Of a DNA stretch of 37,747 bases, positions 1 to 9,702 are shown piece after piece (within the stretch, counting starts at the first letter, position 1; each line of letters starts with the position of its first letter). Origin of the DNA: Acidobacteriota bacterium (GTDB lineage Bacteria > Acidobacteriota > Polarisedimenticolia > Gp22-AA2); the NCBI GenBank assembly GCA_003223145.1, contig QHXY01000135.1, positions 4,288 through 42,034 on the forward strand, read 5' to 3'. Below the pieces are notes generated by a model. The model was not told the DNA's origin, made no database searches, and saw only the letters and a list, made by a program, of their open reading frames with translations. The position numbers and the translations under genes are program-made.

Positions 1-2421
1 TTCTTCGAGATGCTGGGGAATTTCTCCTTCGGCGATTACTTCAAGAAGGAGGCGATCGAGTACGCCTGGGACCTGATGACCCGTGCCTTCGGCCTGCCGA
101 AGGAGAAACTGTCGGTGACGATCTACCGGGACGACGAGGAGTCCTACCAGGCCTGGCGCGGGGGGATCGGCCTGGCGCCCGAGAGGATCATCCGTCTGGG
201 CGAGAAGGACAACTTCTGGTCGATGGGGGACACCGGACCCTGCGGGCCCTGCTCGGAGATTCATTACGACCGCGGGCCGCGGCTCGGATGCGGCCAGGCC
301 ACCTGCGGGCCGGGCTGCGAGAGCGAGGGGTGCGAGCGCTACATGGAGCTCTGGAACCTCGTGTTCATGCAGTTCGATCGCCAGCCCGGTGGCGAATTGA
401 AACCGCTGGCGAAGACCGGCGTTGACACCGGGATGGGTCTGGAGCGGATCGCCTCGGTCCTGCAGGGCGTCGACAGCAACTACGAGACCGACCTGTTCAG
501 GCCCATCGTGGCCGCCGCGGAGGCGCTGGCCGTCAGGGACGGGGGATGGCGGCCCCCGGGGCATGCCGAGGACCGGGTGGCCCTGCATGTCATCGCGGAT
601 CATGTCCGGGCGATGACCTTCCTGATCTCGGACGGCGCCGTGCCGAGCAACGACGGGCGCGGCTACGTGCTGCGCCGCATCATGCGCCGCGCCATCCGGT
701 TCGGGCGGACGCTCGGCCTGGAACGGCCGTTCCTGTGGGAGCTTTCCGGCACGGTCATCGAGGTCATGAAGAACCCCTACGAGGAGCTCGTGGCGCACCG
801 CGACCTGATTGCGCAGACCGCCCGCCGCGAGGAGGAGCGCTTCGCCGAAACGCTGGCGGTGGGTCTCGCCAAGGTCGAGGAACTGGCTCACGGCCTGAGC
901 GCGGACAAGCGGGCGGTCATCCCCGGCCCCGAGGCCTTCCGTCTCTACGACACCTTCGGTGTGCCGCTCGATCTGATCAAGGACGTCGCCCACGGCTGGC
1001 ACCTGACGGTCGACGAGACCGGTTTCGAGAGCGCGATGCAGGAGCAGCGCGAGCGCTCCCGCAGGGGCATGAAGCCGACCGCGTCGGCGGCGCCGGCCGT
1101 GGCGGCGCGACTGCCGGTGCGGCACATCGAATTCGGCGGCTACGAGACGACCACCATCGAGGGCGCGCGGGTCCTGGCCCTGGTGCGCGGCGACGCGCTG
1201 GTGGATGAGCTGGCGGCGGGGGAGGAAGGACAGGTCCTGCTCGATCGCACGCCGTTCTACGCGGAAGGCGGCGGGCAGGTCGGCGACACCGGCTTTCTGA
1301 CCGCCTCGACCGGCGTGGCGTTCGTGCGTGACACGCAGGCGCCGCTCCCGGGGCTCAACATGCATTCGGTCGTGGTGCGCGAGGGCCGTCTGCGGGCGGG
1401 TGATCGGGTGCGCGCGGAGGTGGACCGCGGCCGGCGCGAGGCGGTGATGCGCAGCCACGACGCCACCCACCTGCTGCACGCGGCGCTCCGGGACGTGGTG
1501 GGGCTGCACGTCAAACAGGCGGGATCGCTCGTCAATCCGGACAGGTTCCGGTTCGACTTCAGCCACTACGCCGCCCTGTCCGACGACATCCTGGCGCAGG
1601 TCGAAGACGAGGTGAACGACGTGATCCGCCGGGACCTGCCGATCAGGACCAGCGTCATGCCGTTGGACGAGGCGCTGCGCCGCGGAGCACTCGCCTTCTT
1701 CGGGGACAAGTACGGCGACCAGGTGCGTGTCGTCGAGGTGCCCGGGTTCAGCATGGAGTTGTGCGGCGGGACGCACGCGGCCAGCACCGGGTCGATCGGC
1801 GTGCTCAAGGTGACTCAGGAGCGCGGCATCGCCGCCGGCATCCGCCGCATCGAGGCGCTGGCCGGTGAGGAGGCCCTCCGCCGGGCGCGCGAGGATGGCG
1901 CCCTCGTCGAGCGCGTGCAGACGACCCTCAATGTTGACCGCCACGGCCTGCACGAGTCGCTGCAGCGGGTCCTGGAGCAGAACCGTTCCCTGCAGCGGGA
2001 AATCGACTCGCTCAAGCTTCAGATGGCCGCGGGTAGCGGCGCGGCGGACGGCGAGGACGAGATCCGGGAGGTCGCGGGAGTGAAGGTCATGGTGCGCGGG
2101 CCGCAGGAAGGGCTGGACAAGGACTCGGTGCGGGCCCTGGTGGATCACAGCCGGCGCCGGCTGCCGACGGGTGTGATCGTGCAGTGGTCGGTGCGGGAGG
2201 ACCGGGTGACCGTGACCGTGTCCGTGAGCCGGGATCTGATCCCGCCGCTGCACGCGGGAGAGATTGTCAAGGAGCTGGCCGGCCTGTTCGACGGGCGGGG
2301 CGGCGGCCGCCCCGATATGGCGGAGGCCGGCGGACGGAGGCCGGACGATCTGAAGGCGGCGCGGGGCCGAACCCTCGAGATGGTCGAGAAGATCATCCGG
2401 AAGGTGGGCGCGGCGCGATGA
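1..2421 (+). CDS. alaS: Alanine--tRNA ligase (5'-truncated by window edge)
   Basis: In frame from base 1: FFEMLGNFSFGDYFK, GPCGPCSEI, ELWNLVFMQF, DTGMGLER, editing HxxxH (HDATH) and ELCGGTH, C-terminal GGGRPDMA. Confidence 0.99.
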   Translation, partial: FFEMLGNFSFGDYFKKEAIEYAWDLMTRAFGLPKEKLSVTIYRDDEESYQAWRGGIGLAPERIIRLGEKDNFWSMGDTGPCGPCSEIHYDRGPRLGCGQATCGPGCESEGCERYMELWNLVFMQFDRQPGGELKPLAKTGVDTGMGLERIASVLQGVDSNYETDLFRPIVAAAEALAVRDGGWRPPGHAEDRVALHVIADHVRAMTFLISDGAVPSNDGRGYVLRRIMRRAIRFGRTLGLERPFLWELSGTVIEVMKNPYEELVAHRDLIAQTARREEERFAETLAVGLAKVEELAHGLSADKRAVIPGPEAFRLYDTFGVPLDLIKDVAHGWHLTVDETGFESAMQEQRERSRRGMKPTASAAPAVAARLPVRHIEFGGYETTTIEGARVLALVRGDALVDELAAGEEGQVLLDRTPFYAEGGGQVGDTGFLTASTGVAFVRDTQAPLPGLNMHSVVVREGRLRAGDRVRAEVDRGRREAVMRSHDATHLLHAALRDVVGLHVKQAGSLVNPDRFRFDFSHYAALSDDILAQVEDEVNDVIRRDLPIRTSVMPLDEALRRGALAFFGDKYGDQVRVVEVPGFSMELCGGTHAASTGSIGVLKVTQERGIAAGIRRIEALAGEEALRRAREDGALVERVQTTLNVDRHGLHESLQRVLEQNRSLQREIDSLKLQMAAGSGAADGEDEIREVAGVKVMVRGPQEGLDKDSVRALVDHSRRRLPTGVIVQWSVREDRVTVTVSVSRDLIPPLHAGEIVKELAGLFDGRGGGRPDMAEAGGRRPDDLKAARGRTLEMVEKIIRKVGAAR

Positions 2422-3134
2422 AGCACGCCGCCTGCGTCGTCCTCGCGAGCGCCGGCCTCATGCTCCCGGCGGCCGCCGGCGAGGAGATCTACTACCGCAG
2501 GGACGCCAACGGCGCGCTGGTCCTGACCAACGTGCCCGACCGCCAGGACCTGCGCGCTTACCGCGGCCACGGCCCGCTTCCTGTGACCAGCTCCGGGAAG
2601 GAGTACCGGGAGCTGATCGAACGCACCGCGCTCCAGCACGGCATTCATCCGGACCTGGTGTTCGCCGTCGCCGCCGTCGAGTCGAACTTCAACGTGCGCG
2701 CGGTCTCCGAGAAGGGGGCGCAGGGGCTGATGCAGCTCATGCCGGAAACCGCGGCGCGCTTCGGTGTCGTCGACCCCTTCAACCCTGCCGAAAACGTCCT
2801 GGGCGGCGTGCGCTACATGCGCTACCTCCTCGATCTGTTCAAGGGAGATTCGCGCCTCGCGGTCGCCGCTTACAACGCCGGGGAGAACGTGGTGATCGCC
2901 AGCCGCGGGGTGCCGCCCTATCCGGAGACCCGCCGTTACGTCGACCGGGTCCTGAAGATGTTCGGCGGCAAGCGGCCGTTCGTCCCCGGGGCGGGCGCCC
3001 GGGCGCCGGCGGCCCGCGCCACTCCCCAGCCGATCAGCTCGTATACCGACGCCGCCGGGGTGGTGCATATCACCGACGGTGAGGCGCCGAAGCCCGGGGC
3101 TTCCCCGACGGCGCCGCCCGACCTGCCTCGTTGA
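2418..3134 (+). CDS. Exported lytic transglycosylase (SLT domain) with DUF4124-like segments
   Basis: ATGA overlap with the alaS stop; signal peptide MKHAACVVLASAGLMLPAAA; SLT motifs VESNF, GLMQL, AYNAG, ETRRYV. Confidence 0.92.
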   Translation: MKHAACVVLASAGLMLPAAAGEEIYYRRDANGALVLTNVPDRQDLRAYRGHGPLPVTSSGKEYRELIERTALQHGIHPDLVFAVAAVESNFNVRAVSEKGAQGLMQLMPETAARFGVVDPFNPAENVLGGVRYMRYLLDLFKGDSRLAVAAYNAGENVVIASRGVPPYPETRRYVDRVLKMFGGKRPFVPGAGARAPAARATPQPISSYTDAAGVVHITDGEAPKPGASPTAPPDLPR

Positions 3135-4159
3135 GCGACCGCGCCGGTTCTCCCGGTTTCGCGCGCCGCCTCCCCAAGGCGGAGATCCACCTGCACCTCG
3201 AGGGGTCGATCGAGCTCGCGACCCTGGCGCGGATCGCGGGTGGCGAGGGCGCCGGGAGCCGTGCGCGTCTGGCGGCCCTCTACACGCATCGCGATTTTCC
3301 CGATTTCCTGCAGAATTTCCGGCGCGTGTGCGCGGAGATCCGGAGCCCCGGGGACTTCGCCTCGATCACGGAGGCGCTGTCGCGCCGCCTCGAGGAGGAG
3401 AATGTGCGCTACGCCGAGGTGTTCTGCTCGCCCACCATCTTCCGGCGCGCGCACGGGATGTCCGCCGGGGAGATCCTGGACGCCGCGTGCGGCGCGGCGC
3501 GCCGGCGGGAGAAGGCGGGCGGGCCGCGCCTGCGGTTTCTGCTCGACGGCGTCAGACAGTTCGGGATCCCGGCCATGGAGGAGATGGTGGAGACCGCGGC
3601 CGCCTGCCGGAGATACGACGTCATCGGCATCGGTATGGGTGGCGACGAGAGGTCCGCGCCGACGGCGGCGTTCGCCGGGCCGTACCGCGAGGCCCGCCGT
3701 CTCGGTCTGCACACGACCGTCCACGCCGGCGAGTTCGACGGACCGCGCTCTGTTTGGGAGGCGATCGAGATCCTCGAGGTGGAGCGCATCGGCCACGGCG
3801 TGCGCGCCGTCGAGGACTCCGAGCTCGTGCGCGTCCTCCGCCGCCTGGGCGTCGCGCTGGAATGCTGCCCGACGAGCAACGTGAAAACCGGGGTGGTCCC
3901 CGGCTGGGGGCGGCACCCCATCCCCGCGCTGCACCGCTCGGGCGTGGCCGTCACCGTGAACAGCGACGACCCGGCGATGTTCGGCACGACCCTGTCGAAC
4001 GAATGGGAGGTCCTCCTGACCCGGCTGGGCCTCGAACCCGAGGAGGTCATGGCAATCGGGCAGCGCACGGCGCGGGCCACTTTCCAGCCACGCGCCGAGC
4101 AGGAGGCGCTGGTCGACGACCTACGCCGGGCGGCCGCCCGTGAGGGAATCGTCGCGTGA
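3131..4159 (+). CDS. add: Adenosine/adenine deaminase family protein
   Basis: LPKAEIHLHLEGS, HAGE, RIGHG, CPTSN, NSDDP; TTGA overlap with the upstream gene. Confidence 0.95.
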   Translation: MSDRAGSPGFARRLPKAEIHLHLEGSIELATLARIAGGEGAGSRARLAALYTHRDFPDFLQNFRRVCAEIRSPGDFASITEALSRRLEEENVRYAEVFCSPTIFRRAHGMSAGEILDAACGAARRREKAGGPRLRFLLDGVRQFGIPAMEEMVETAAACRRYDVIGIGMGGDERSAPTAAFAGPYREARRLGLHTTVHAGEFDGPRSVWEAIEILEVERIGHGVRAVEDSELVRVLRRLGVALECCPTSNVKTGVVPGWGRHPIPALHRSGVAVTVNSDDPAMFGTTLSNEWEVLLTRLGLEPEEVMAIGQRTARATFQPRAEQEALVDDLRRAAAREGIVA

Positions 4160-6255
4160 CGGAGAGCGGCCAGGTCCGGGACCCGGGAGGACGGCGGGCC
4201 GCCCTCATCCTGCTCGCGGTCCTGTGCGCCTACGTAGTCCTGATGGACGCGTTGCTGCGGCCCTCCGGCGGTCTTCTGTTCCGACCCTGCAGCGGCCTGC
4301 TCGGCAGGTATCTGATCTCCGGAGAGGGCGGGCTGGAGACCCCGGTCCACGAGAGGGTCGATGCGCGCCTCGACTTTCCGGTGCCGCAGCGGCTCGACGC
4401 CGCCTACATCTTCCACTGGGACATGAAGCGGCTCGGTCTGCCGGTCTCGATGCCGCCGTACAGCATCCACTGGAGCGGTCTGCTCCATGCCCCCGAGCCG
4501 GGAGTGTACGGATTCACGCTCGACGCGCAGGGGGAGGTCCGTCTACGGATCGACGGCACGCAGCTCGAGATGCATCAGGACACGCTGACCGAGCGCCATC
4601 TTGCGGCGGGCTGGCACCCGATCGCCCTCGATTACGGGCTGGCGCAAGGGGACGCCCGGCTGGTCCTGTCCTGGAAGCCTCCGCGAGGGGCGCTCGCGCC
4701 GGTTCCCTCGCGCTGTCTGGCGCCCGACGGCGCGGCGATCGCCGCCTCGGCGACGCGGCGCGTCCTGGCGTGGGTCCTTCTCGCCGCGGGCGCCGCCACC
4801 GCCCTCGCCCTGTACGCGCTCGGGCGGAGGCAAGAGACCGCGCCGGCCCGGTATCTCCGGGCGCTGGGCACCCAGCGGGTCACCCTCGCCGTCGGCGCCA
4901 TCGTGATCCTGGCGGCGCTTCTGCGCTTTCACGATTTCGCCCTAGTGCCGTTCCACCACGAGACGGCGGACGAGTACCAGCACGCCTGGGAGGGCTGGTC
5001 CCTCCTGCACCAGGGGGTGCCGCTGGCCTGGAGCACGTTCCCCGATCGCTATCCGATCGACCAGACGCTCGATTTCCGCTGGTTCGGGGACCGGTACGTC
5101 GTGGTCCGGCCGTACTTCGATCACCCGCCGCTGTTCTCGATCCTCGTCGGACTCGTCACCTCTCTCGTGCAGGCGCTCACGCCCTCGTTCGGGTACGGAT
5201 TCGCCTCGTACCCCGCTCCCTGGGATTTCCTGTCCTGTACTCTGACGGTCATGCGTCTCGTGCCGATCGTGCTGAGCCTGATCGGCATCGTTCTTCTGTA
5301 CCGGCTGGCGCGCGCGTACGGCGCGTCCGAGCGCGCCGCCCTTCTGGGCTCCCTGGTGTACGCGACCCTGCCGGTGATCGTGCTGACGCACCGCCTGGTG
5401 AAGGCGGAGAGCCTCCTGGCGCTCCTCTTCATGGGCGCGATCCTCGCCACCCGCCGCCACGAGCTGTCGGGGAGCGCGGGAAGCGCCATCCTGGCGGGTC
5501 TTCTCTGCGGGCTGTCGATCTGGACGAAAGCCACGGGACTCGCAGTGGTGGCCGTGATCCTGGTGCTGCTTCTCGCGGCCCGGCGATACCGTGGAGCGCT
5601 CCTCGCCCTCGGCATCACGGGCGGATTCCTGCTGCTCTACCTGATCTATGCCTGGGCGCTGGATTTCGGCATCTTCCTGAAGGTGATCGAGGCGCAGTCG
5701 ACGACGAAGCTCATCGGTCTCGAGGCGCTGCAGGACCTGGTGAACGGAAAGATTGTCACAAAATACTTCGGGCGCGGCTGGTACCCCTGGCTCCTGCTGT
5801 GCGCCGCTCTCGCCGCCTTCCGTCGGGAGCGCGGCCTCCTGCTGCCGCTTGCGGTGTACGGCATGGTGATCGCCATGACCGCCGACTACCGCGTCATCTA
5901 CGGCTGGTACAGGATACCCCTCTACCCGTTCTTGTGCGTCGCGGCCGGCTGTGCCCTCGAAGAGATGATCGACGAGGCCAACCTGTTTCGCGTCGCCCCG
6001 TTCGCGGTCATGGCGGTATCGACGGGTCTTCTGTACGCCCTGCCGGCATCGCTGACCGGAACACGATGGGCTGTCTACCTGTTCGCCCTGGCGGCCCTCG
6101 TGCCGTTTCTGCCGAGGCTGATCTCCGAGCGTCCCTGGACCGTCCTGGCCGCCCGTCTGGCGACGGGTGTCCTGGTCGCGATCTTCCTGATCACCAGCCT
6201 GGTGACGATCGGCGGCCTGCTGGAGATTTACGCCGCAACGCGCGGCCTCCCGTAG
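4156..6255 (+). CDS. PA14-domain plus GT-C fold (PMT_2/GT39-GT83-like) polytopic membrane glycosyltransferase
   Basis: PA14-like strands (YSIHWSGLLHAPEPGVYGF, LRIDG, GWHPIALDY, LVLSWKPP), then LRF..ADEYQH and DHPPL loop motifs and many hydrophobic helices. Confidence 0.8.
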   Translation: MTESGQVRDPGGRRAALILLAVLCAYVVLMDALLRPSGGLLFRPCSGLLGRYLISGEGGLETPVHERVDARLDFPVPQRLDAAYIFHWDMKRLGLPVSMPPYSIHWSGLLHAPEPGVYGFTLDAQGEVRLRIDGTQLEMHQDTLTERHLAAGWHPIALDYGLAQGDARLVLSWKPPRGALAPVPSRCLAPDGAAIAASATRRVLAWVLLAAGAATALALYALGRRQETAPARYLRALGTQRVTLAVGAIVILAALLRFHDFALVPFHHETADEYQHAWEGWSLLHQGVPLAWSTFPDRYPIDQTLDFRWFGDRYVVVRPYFDHPPLFSILVGLVTSLVQALTPSFGYGFASYPAPWDFLSCTLTVMRLVPIVLSLIGIVLLYRLARAYGASERAALLGSLVYATLPVIVLTHRLVKAESLLALLFMGAILATRRHELSGSAGSAILAGLLCGLSIWTKATGLAVVAVILVLLLAARRYRGALLALGITGGFLLLYLIYAWALDFGIFLKVIEAQSTTKLIGLEALQDLVNGKIVTKYFGRGWYPWLLLCAALAAFRRERGLLLPLAVYGMVIAMTADYRVIYGWYRIPLYPFLCVAAGCALEEMIDEANLFRVAPFAVMAVSTGLLYALPASLTGTRWAVYLFALAALVPFLPRLISERPWTVLAARLATGVLVAIFLITSLVTIGGLLEIYAATRGLP

Positions 6256-7654
6256 CGTCCCGTTTCGGGTCCAGCCGCAGGCGCTCCAGACCGGCCCGCA
6301 CCAGACGATCGACAAGCGCCGGCGTGCGGGCCTCGCAATAGACGCGCAGAATCGGCTCGGTGCCCGAACCGCGGAACAGGATCCAGCCGTGGTCGCCGAA
6401 CAGGAGCCTCACGCCGTCGAGTGTATCGATCGCTTCGACCGCCAGTGTGTCGAGGCGTGAGGGCGGGTCCTCCTTGATCCGCGCCACCGCCACGCGGGCG
6501 CTCTCGACGGGCATCGGCAGATCGACGCGCCGGTAGGCGTATCGGCCGAATTCCTTCTCCAGACGTGCGACCCGGCGGCTCAGCTTGCGATCGCCGGTGG
6601 TGAGCATTTCCAGGAGCAGGAGCCCGATCAGGATCCCGTCGCGCTCGGGCAGATAGCGCTTCACCCCGATGCCGCCGCTCTCCTCCCCTCCGATCAGGAT
6701 GTCCTGCTCGAGCATCAGTCGGGCGATGTGCTTGAAGCCGACCGGCAGGTCGAAGAACGGCAGGCCGAACCGCCGGGCGATGCGCTCGGCGACCAGGGTG
6801 TTCGCGAAAGTGCGCGCGATCCCGCCCGTCCACTTCTTCTGCTCGATGAGATGCAGCGCGACCAGGGAGAAGATCTGGAAGGGAGAGAGGACCCGCCCGT
6901 TCTCGTCGCAGGCCCCGATCCGATCGGCGTCCCCGTCGGTGGCGATGCCGATGTGGGCGCGGCGCTGCACGACCGTGCGGCGCAGCGACGCGAGATTCTC
7001 GGGACGTGGCTCGGGCGCTTTGCCGCCGAATAGAGGGTCGGCTTCGCTGCGCAGGGTCACGACGTCCGCGCGGCGTCCGCGCACGAGGTTCTCGAGGATG
7101 CGGCCGCCGCTGCCGTGCATGCTGTCGACGATCGCTCGCAGAGGCGAGCGCCTGACGGTGTCGAGATCGGCGACGGCCTGCAGACGCGGCAGGTAGGCCG
7201 GCAGGAACGGATGGCGCCTGTCGGGAGGACGTCCGGAGCGTGGGGGTGTCCGTCCAAGCAGGGCCTCGACGCGCGTCGTCATCTCCGGGGGCGCGCTGCC
7301 TCCGAACGCCGCCTTGAGCTTGAAGCCGTTGTACTCGGGAGGGTTGTGGCTGGCCGTGATGCAGATACCGAGCGGCGCGCCGGAAGCGACCACCTGGCAG
7401 GAGACCATCGGTGTGGTCACCGGCCCGTCGGGCAGCATCGTCGGGATGCCGTTCCCCTCCAGCACCGCGGCCACCGCCTCGGCGAAGCGTCCGCTCAGGA
7501 AGCGCACGTCATAGCCGACCGGCACCGGCGCCTTCGGCGCGCTTTCGTCCCGGATCAGACCGGCGACCGCCTGCGCCACGACCCGGACGTTGTCGAAGGT
7601 GAAATCCTCGGCGATGAGGCCGCGCCAGCCGTCCGTCCCGAAGCGAATCGCCAT
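6191..7654 (-). CDS. Phosphoglucomutase/phosphomannomutase family protein
   Basis: FGTDGWRG, TASHNP (phospho-Ser), DGDADR, GEESGG, RGSGTEP. Confidence 0.96.
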   Translation of the reverse strand: MAIRFGTDGWRGLIAEDFTFDNVRVVAQAVAGLIRDESAPKAPVPVGYDVRFLSGRFAEAVAAVLEGNGIPTMLPDGPVTTPMVSCQVVASGAPLGICITASHNPPEYNGFKLKAAFGGSAPPEMTTRVEALLGRTPPRSGRPPDRRHPFLPAYLPRLQAVADLDTVRRSPLRAIVDSMHGSGGRILENLVRGRRADVVTLRSEADPLFGGKAPEPRPENLASLRRTVVQRRAHIGIATDGDADRIGACDENGRVLSPFQIFSLVALHLIEQKKWTGGIARTFANTLVAERIARRFGLPFFDLPVGFKHIARLMLEQDILIGGEESGGIGVKRYLPERDGILIGLLLLEMLTTGDRKLSRRVARLEKEFGRYAYRRVDLPMPVESARVAVARIKEDPPSRLDTLAVEAIDTLDGVRLLFGDHGWILFRGSGTEPILRVYCEARTPALVDRLVRAGLERLRLDPKRDATGGRALRRKSPAGRRSSPGW

Positions 7655-7664
7655 GCGCCTCCCG

Positions 7665-7694
7665 TTGACCGTCCCGCTCGCCCTGTGCTAGGTT
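7665..7694 (+). promoter_or_regulatory. Putative sigma70-type promoter for the pgsA operon
   Basis: TTGACC (7665-70), 18 bp spacer, TGc-TAGGTT (7686-94) in the divergent pgm/pgsA gap. Confidence 0.45.
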
Positions 7695-7790
7695 TCTTCG
7701 GCCCGCCAGCAGCGAACGACCGCCGGCCCGGGCGCATGCGGGGCGCCGCCCCGCGGCATTCTACACTCGGACTCCCTGGCAACCGACGGG

Positions 7791-8387
7791 ATGATCAACC
7801 TTCCGACCTGGATTACGATCATCCGCATTTTCCTGACCCCGGTCATCGTTGTGGTTCTGATGTCGAAGCCGACGGCGTTCGAGCCGATCGGTCTGTCGTG
7901 GCAGATGATCGGCGTGATCGTGTTTCTGGTCGCTTCGTTCACCGACTACCTGGACGGCTGGCTGGCGCGCCGGCGCAACGAGGTGACCACGCTCGGGATC
8001 CTGCTCGACCCGATCGCCGACAAGCTCCTCACCTCCGCCGCCTTCATCTCGCTGGTGCAGATCGGCGCTGCGCCGGCCTGGATGGTGTGGGTCATCATCG
8101 GGCGCGAGTTCGCCGTGGACGGTCTGCGCATGATCGCCTCGAGTCAGGGCGTGACCATCGCGGCCAGCGTCTGGGGGAAATACAAGACCGGCTCGCAGGT
8201 CGTCGCGATCGTCCTGCTGATTTTCGGAAACAGGTATCTCGGCGCCTGGGACAGAGCGGGCGATCTTGCCATCTGGCTTGTCGTGGGGGTGGCGACGCTG
8301 TCGGCGGCGGACTACTTCGTGAAGTTCTCCCGGAAGTTAGGCGTTCTCGGCGGTGGTGTCGGGTCGGCCGGGGGTGGCCTTGGTTAG
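7791..8387 (+). CDS. pgsA: CDP-diacylglycerol--glycerol-3-phosphate 3-phosphatidyltransferase
   Basis: TDYLDGWLARR..T.LG.LLDPIADK CDP-alcohol phosphotransferase motif; IIGREFAV; GKYKT. Confidence 0.95.
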   Translation: MINLPTWITIIRIFLTPVIVVVLMSKPTAFEPIGLSWQMIGVIVFLVASFTDYLDGWLARRRNEVTTLGILLDPIADKLLTSAAFISLVQIGAAPAWMVWVIIGREFAVDGLRMIASSQGVTIAASVWGKYKTGSQVVAIVLLIFGNRYLGAWDRAGDLAIWLVVGVATLSAADYFVKFSRKLGVLGGGVGSAGGGLG

Positions 8388-9057
8388 AACGGGGCGCGAC
8401 ACCCGGACGCTTCTTGGCAACCTGCGCGGGCACTTCTTGACGGGGCTGGTGATCATACTCCCCCTGGTCATAACCGTCTGGATGCTGGGTATCCTGTTCG
8501 GCATTGTGCATGGTGTGTCAACGCCGTTCATCCTGAGAATTCTGAGACTTCTGGGCCTGTCCTTGGTGGACGATGCGGGCTTCACCACCTATCTCGCGCC
8601 CCTGATCGGGGTGACGGCCACCCTGCTTTTGATCCTCCTGGTCGGTCTCCTGACGACCAACTTTCTCGGCCGCCGTATCGTCAAAGAGTTCGATCGTCTG
8701 ATGCTCCGCATACCCTTGATCAAGCCTATCTACGGCGCCGCCCGACAGCTCCTGGACGCCCTGAACCGGAAGACCGATACCTTCCAGCGGGTCGTGGCGG
8801 TGGAGTACCCGCGAGCCGGGGTTTTCACGATCGGGTTCGTGGCGCGCGATGACACGACGCTGCGGTGCTCCGACGAGCGCACGGGCATGACGGGCTACAC
8901 CCTGGTCTTTCTTCCGACGACACCGAACCCGACCTCGGGCTGGCTGGCGGCGCTTCCCGAGCGCGAAGTCGTTCCGCTGGATATGACGGTCGAAGAGGGC
9001 ATCAAGACGATTGTCAGCGGCGGTCTCGTGGTGCCGCCGCGATGGGAGCGCAAATGA
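8380..9057 (+). CDS. DUF502 membrane protein (start uncertain, 8353-8380)
   Basis: FLTGLVIILPLVIT, RIPLIKPIY, VEYPR, FLPTTPNPTSG, MTVEEGIK..VSGG. Confidence 0.9.
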   Translation: MVRTGRDTRTLLGNLRGHFLTGLVIILPLVITVWMLGILFGIVHGVSTPFILRILRLLGLSLVDDAGFTTYLAPLIGVTATLLLILLVGLLTTNFLGRRIVKEFDRLMLRIPLIKPIYGAARQLLDALNRKTDTFQRVVAVEYPRAGVFTIGFVARDDTTLRCSDERTGMTGYTLVFLPTTPNPTSGWLAALPEREVVPLDMTVEEGIKTIVSGGLVVPPRWERK

Positions 9058-9096
9058 GGGCGGGCGAAGCGCCGCAGGCGGGATGACGGGGGGCCG

Positions 9097-9702
9097 ATGT
9101 TCTACTGGTTCGTCAAGGGGATCTTTTTCCCGTTCGCCCGGCTCTATCTCGGGCTGACCCGGGACGGTCTCGAACATCTGCCACGACGCGGGCCGGCGAT
9201 CGTGGTATCGAACCACGCGTCGTATGCCGACGCCATCATTCTGGGCTCGGCCGCACCCCGTCCGATCCACTTCGTGGTCCTGCAGTCGATGTACGATCTG
9301 CTGCTGATCCGCTGGTTTTACTGGGGCATGGGGACCATTCCGGTGCGCGCCGAGGGACAGGATTCCGGCTCGATCAAGAGGGCGGTCCGCCTGCTGTCGG
9401 CGGGCGGCATCCTGGGCGTCTTTCCGGAAGGCGGCCGCAGCGCCGACGGCGCGCTGAGCCAGCCGAGACTGGGGGCGGCGATGATCGCCGCCCTCAGCGG
9501 CGCGCCGGTCGTCCCGGTCTACATCGACGGAGCGCGCGACTCGCTGCCGGTCGGCGGGGCCTTCCCCAAGCCCGCGCGGATTCACGTGCGCTTCGGCCCG
9601 CCGCTCCGGTTCGACCGGCGGCGCGGCGAGGGCCGGGAGTCGCTCGCGGCATTTGCGCGGGAGATGCTCGAAGCGATCCGCCGGCTCGGGGTTCCGGCGT
9701 GA
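9097..9702 (+). CDS. plsC: 1-acyl-sn-glycerol-3-phosphate (lysophospholipid) acyltransferase
   Basis: NHASYAD (HxxxxD) and FPEGGRS motifs; context among phospholipid genes. Confidence 0.88.
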   Translation: MFYWFVKGIFFPFARLYLGLTRDGLEHLPRRGPAIVVSNHASYADAIILGSAAPRPIHFVVLQSMYDLLLIRWFYWGMGTIPVRAEGQDSGSIKRAVRLLSAGGILGVFPEGGRSADGALSQPRLGAAMIAALSGAPVVPVYIDGARDSLPVGGAFPKPARIHVRFGPPLRFDRRRGEGRESLAAFAREMLEAIRRLGVPA

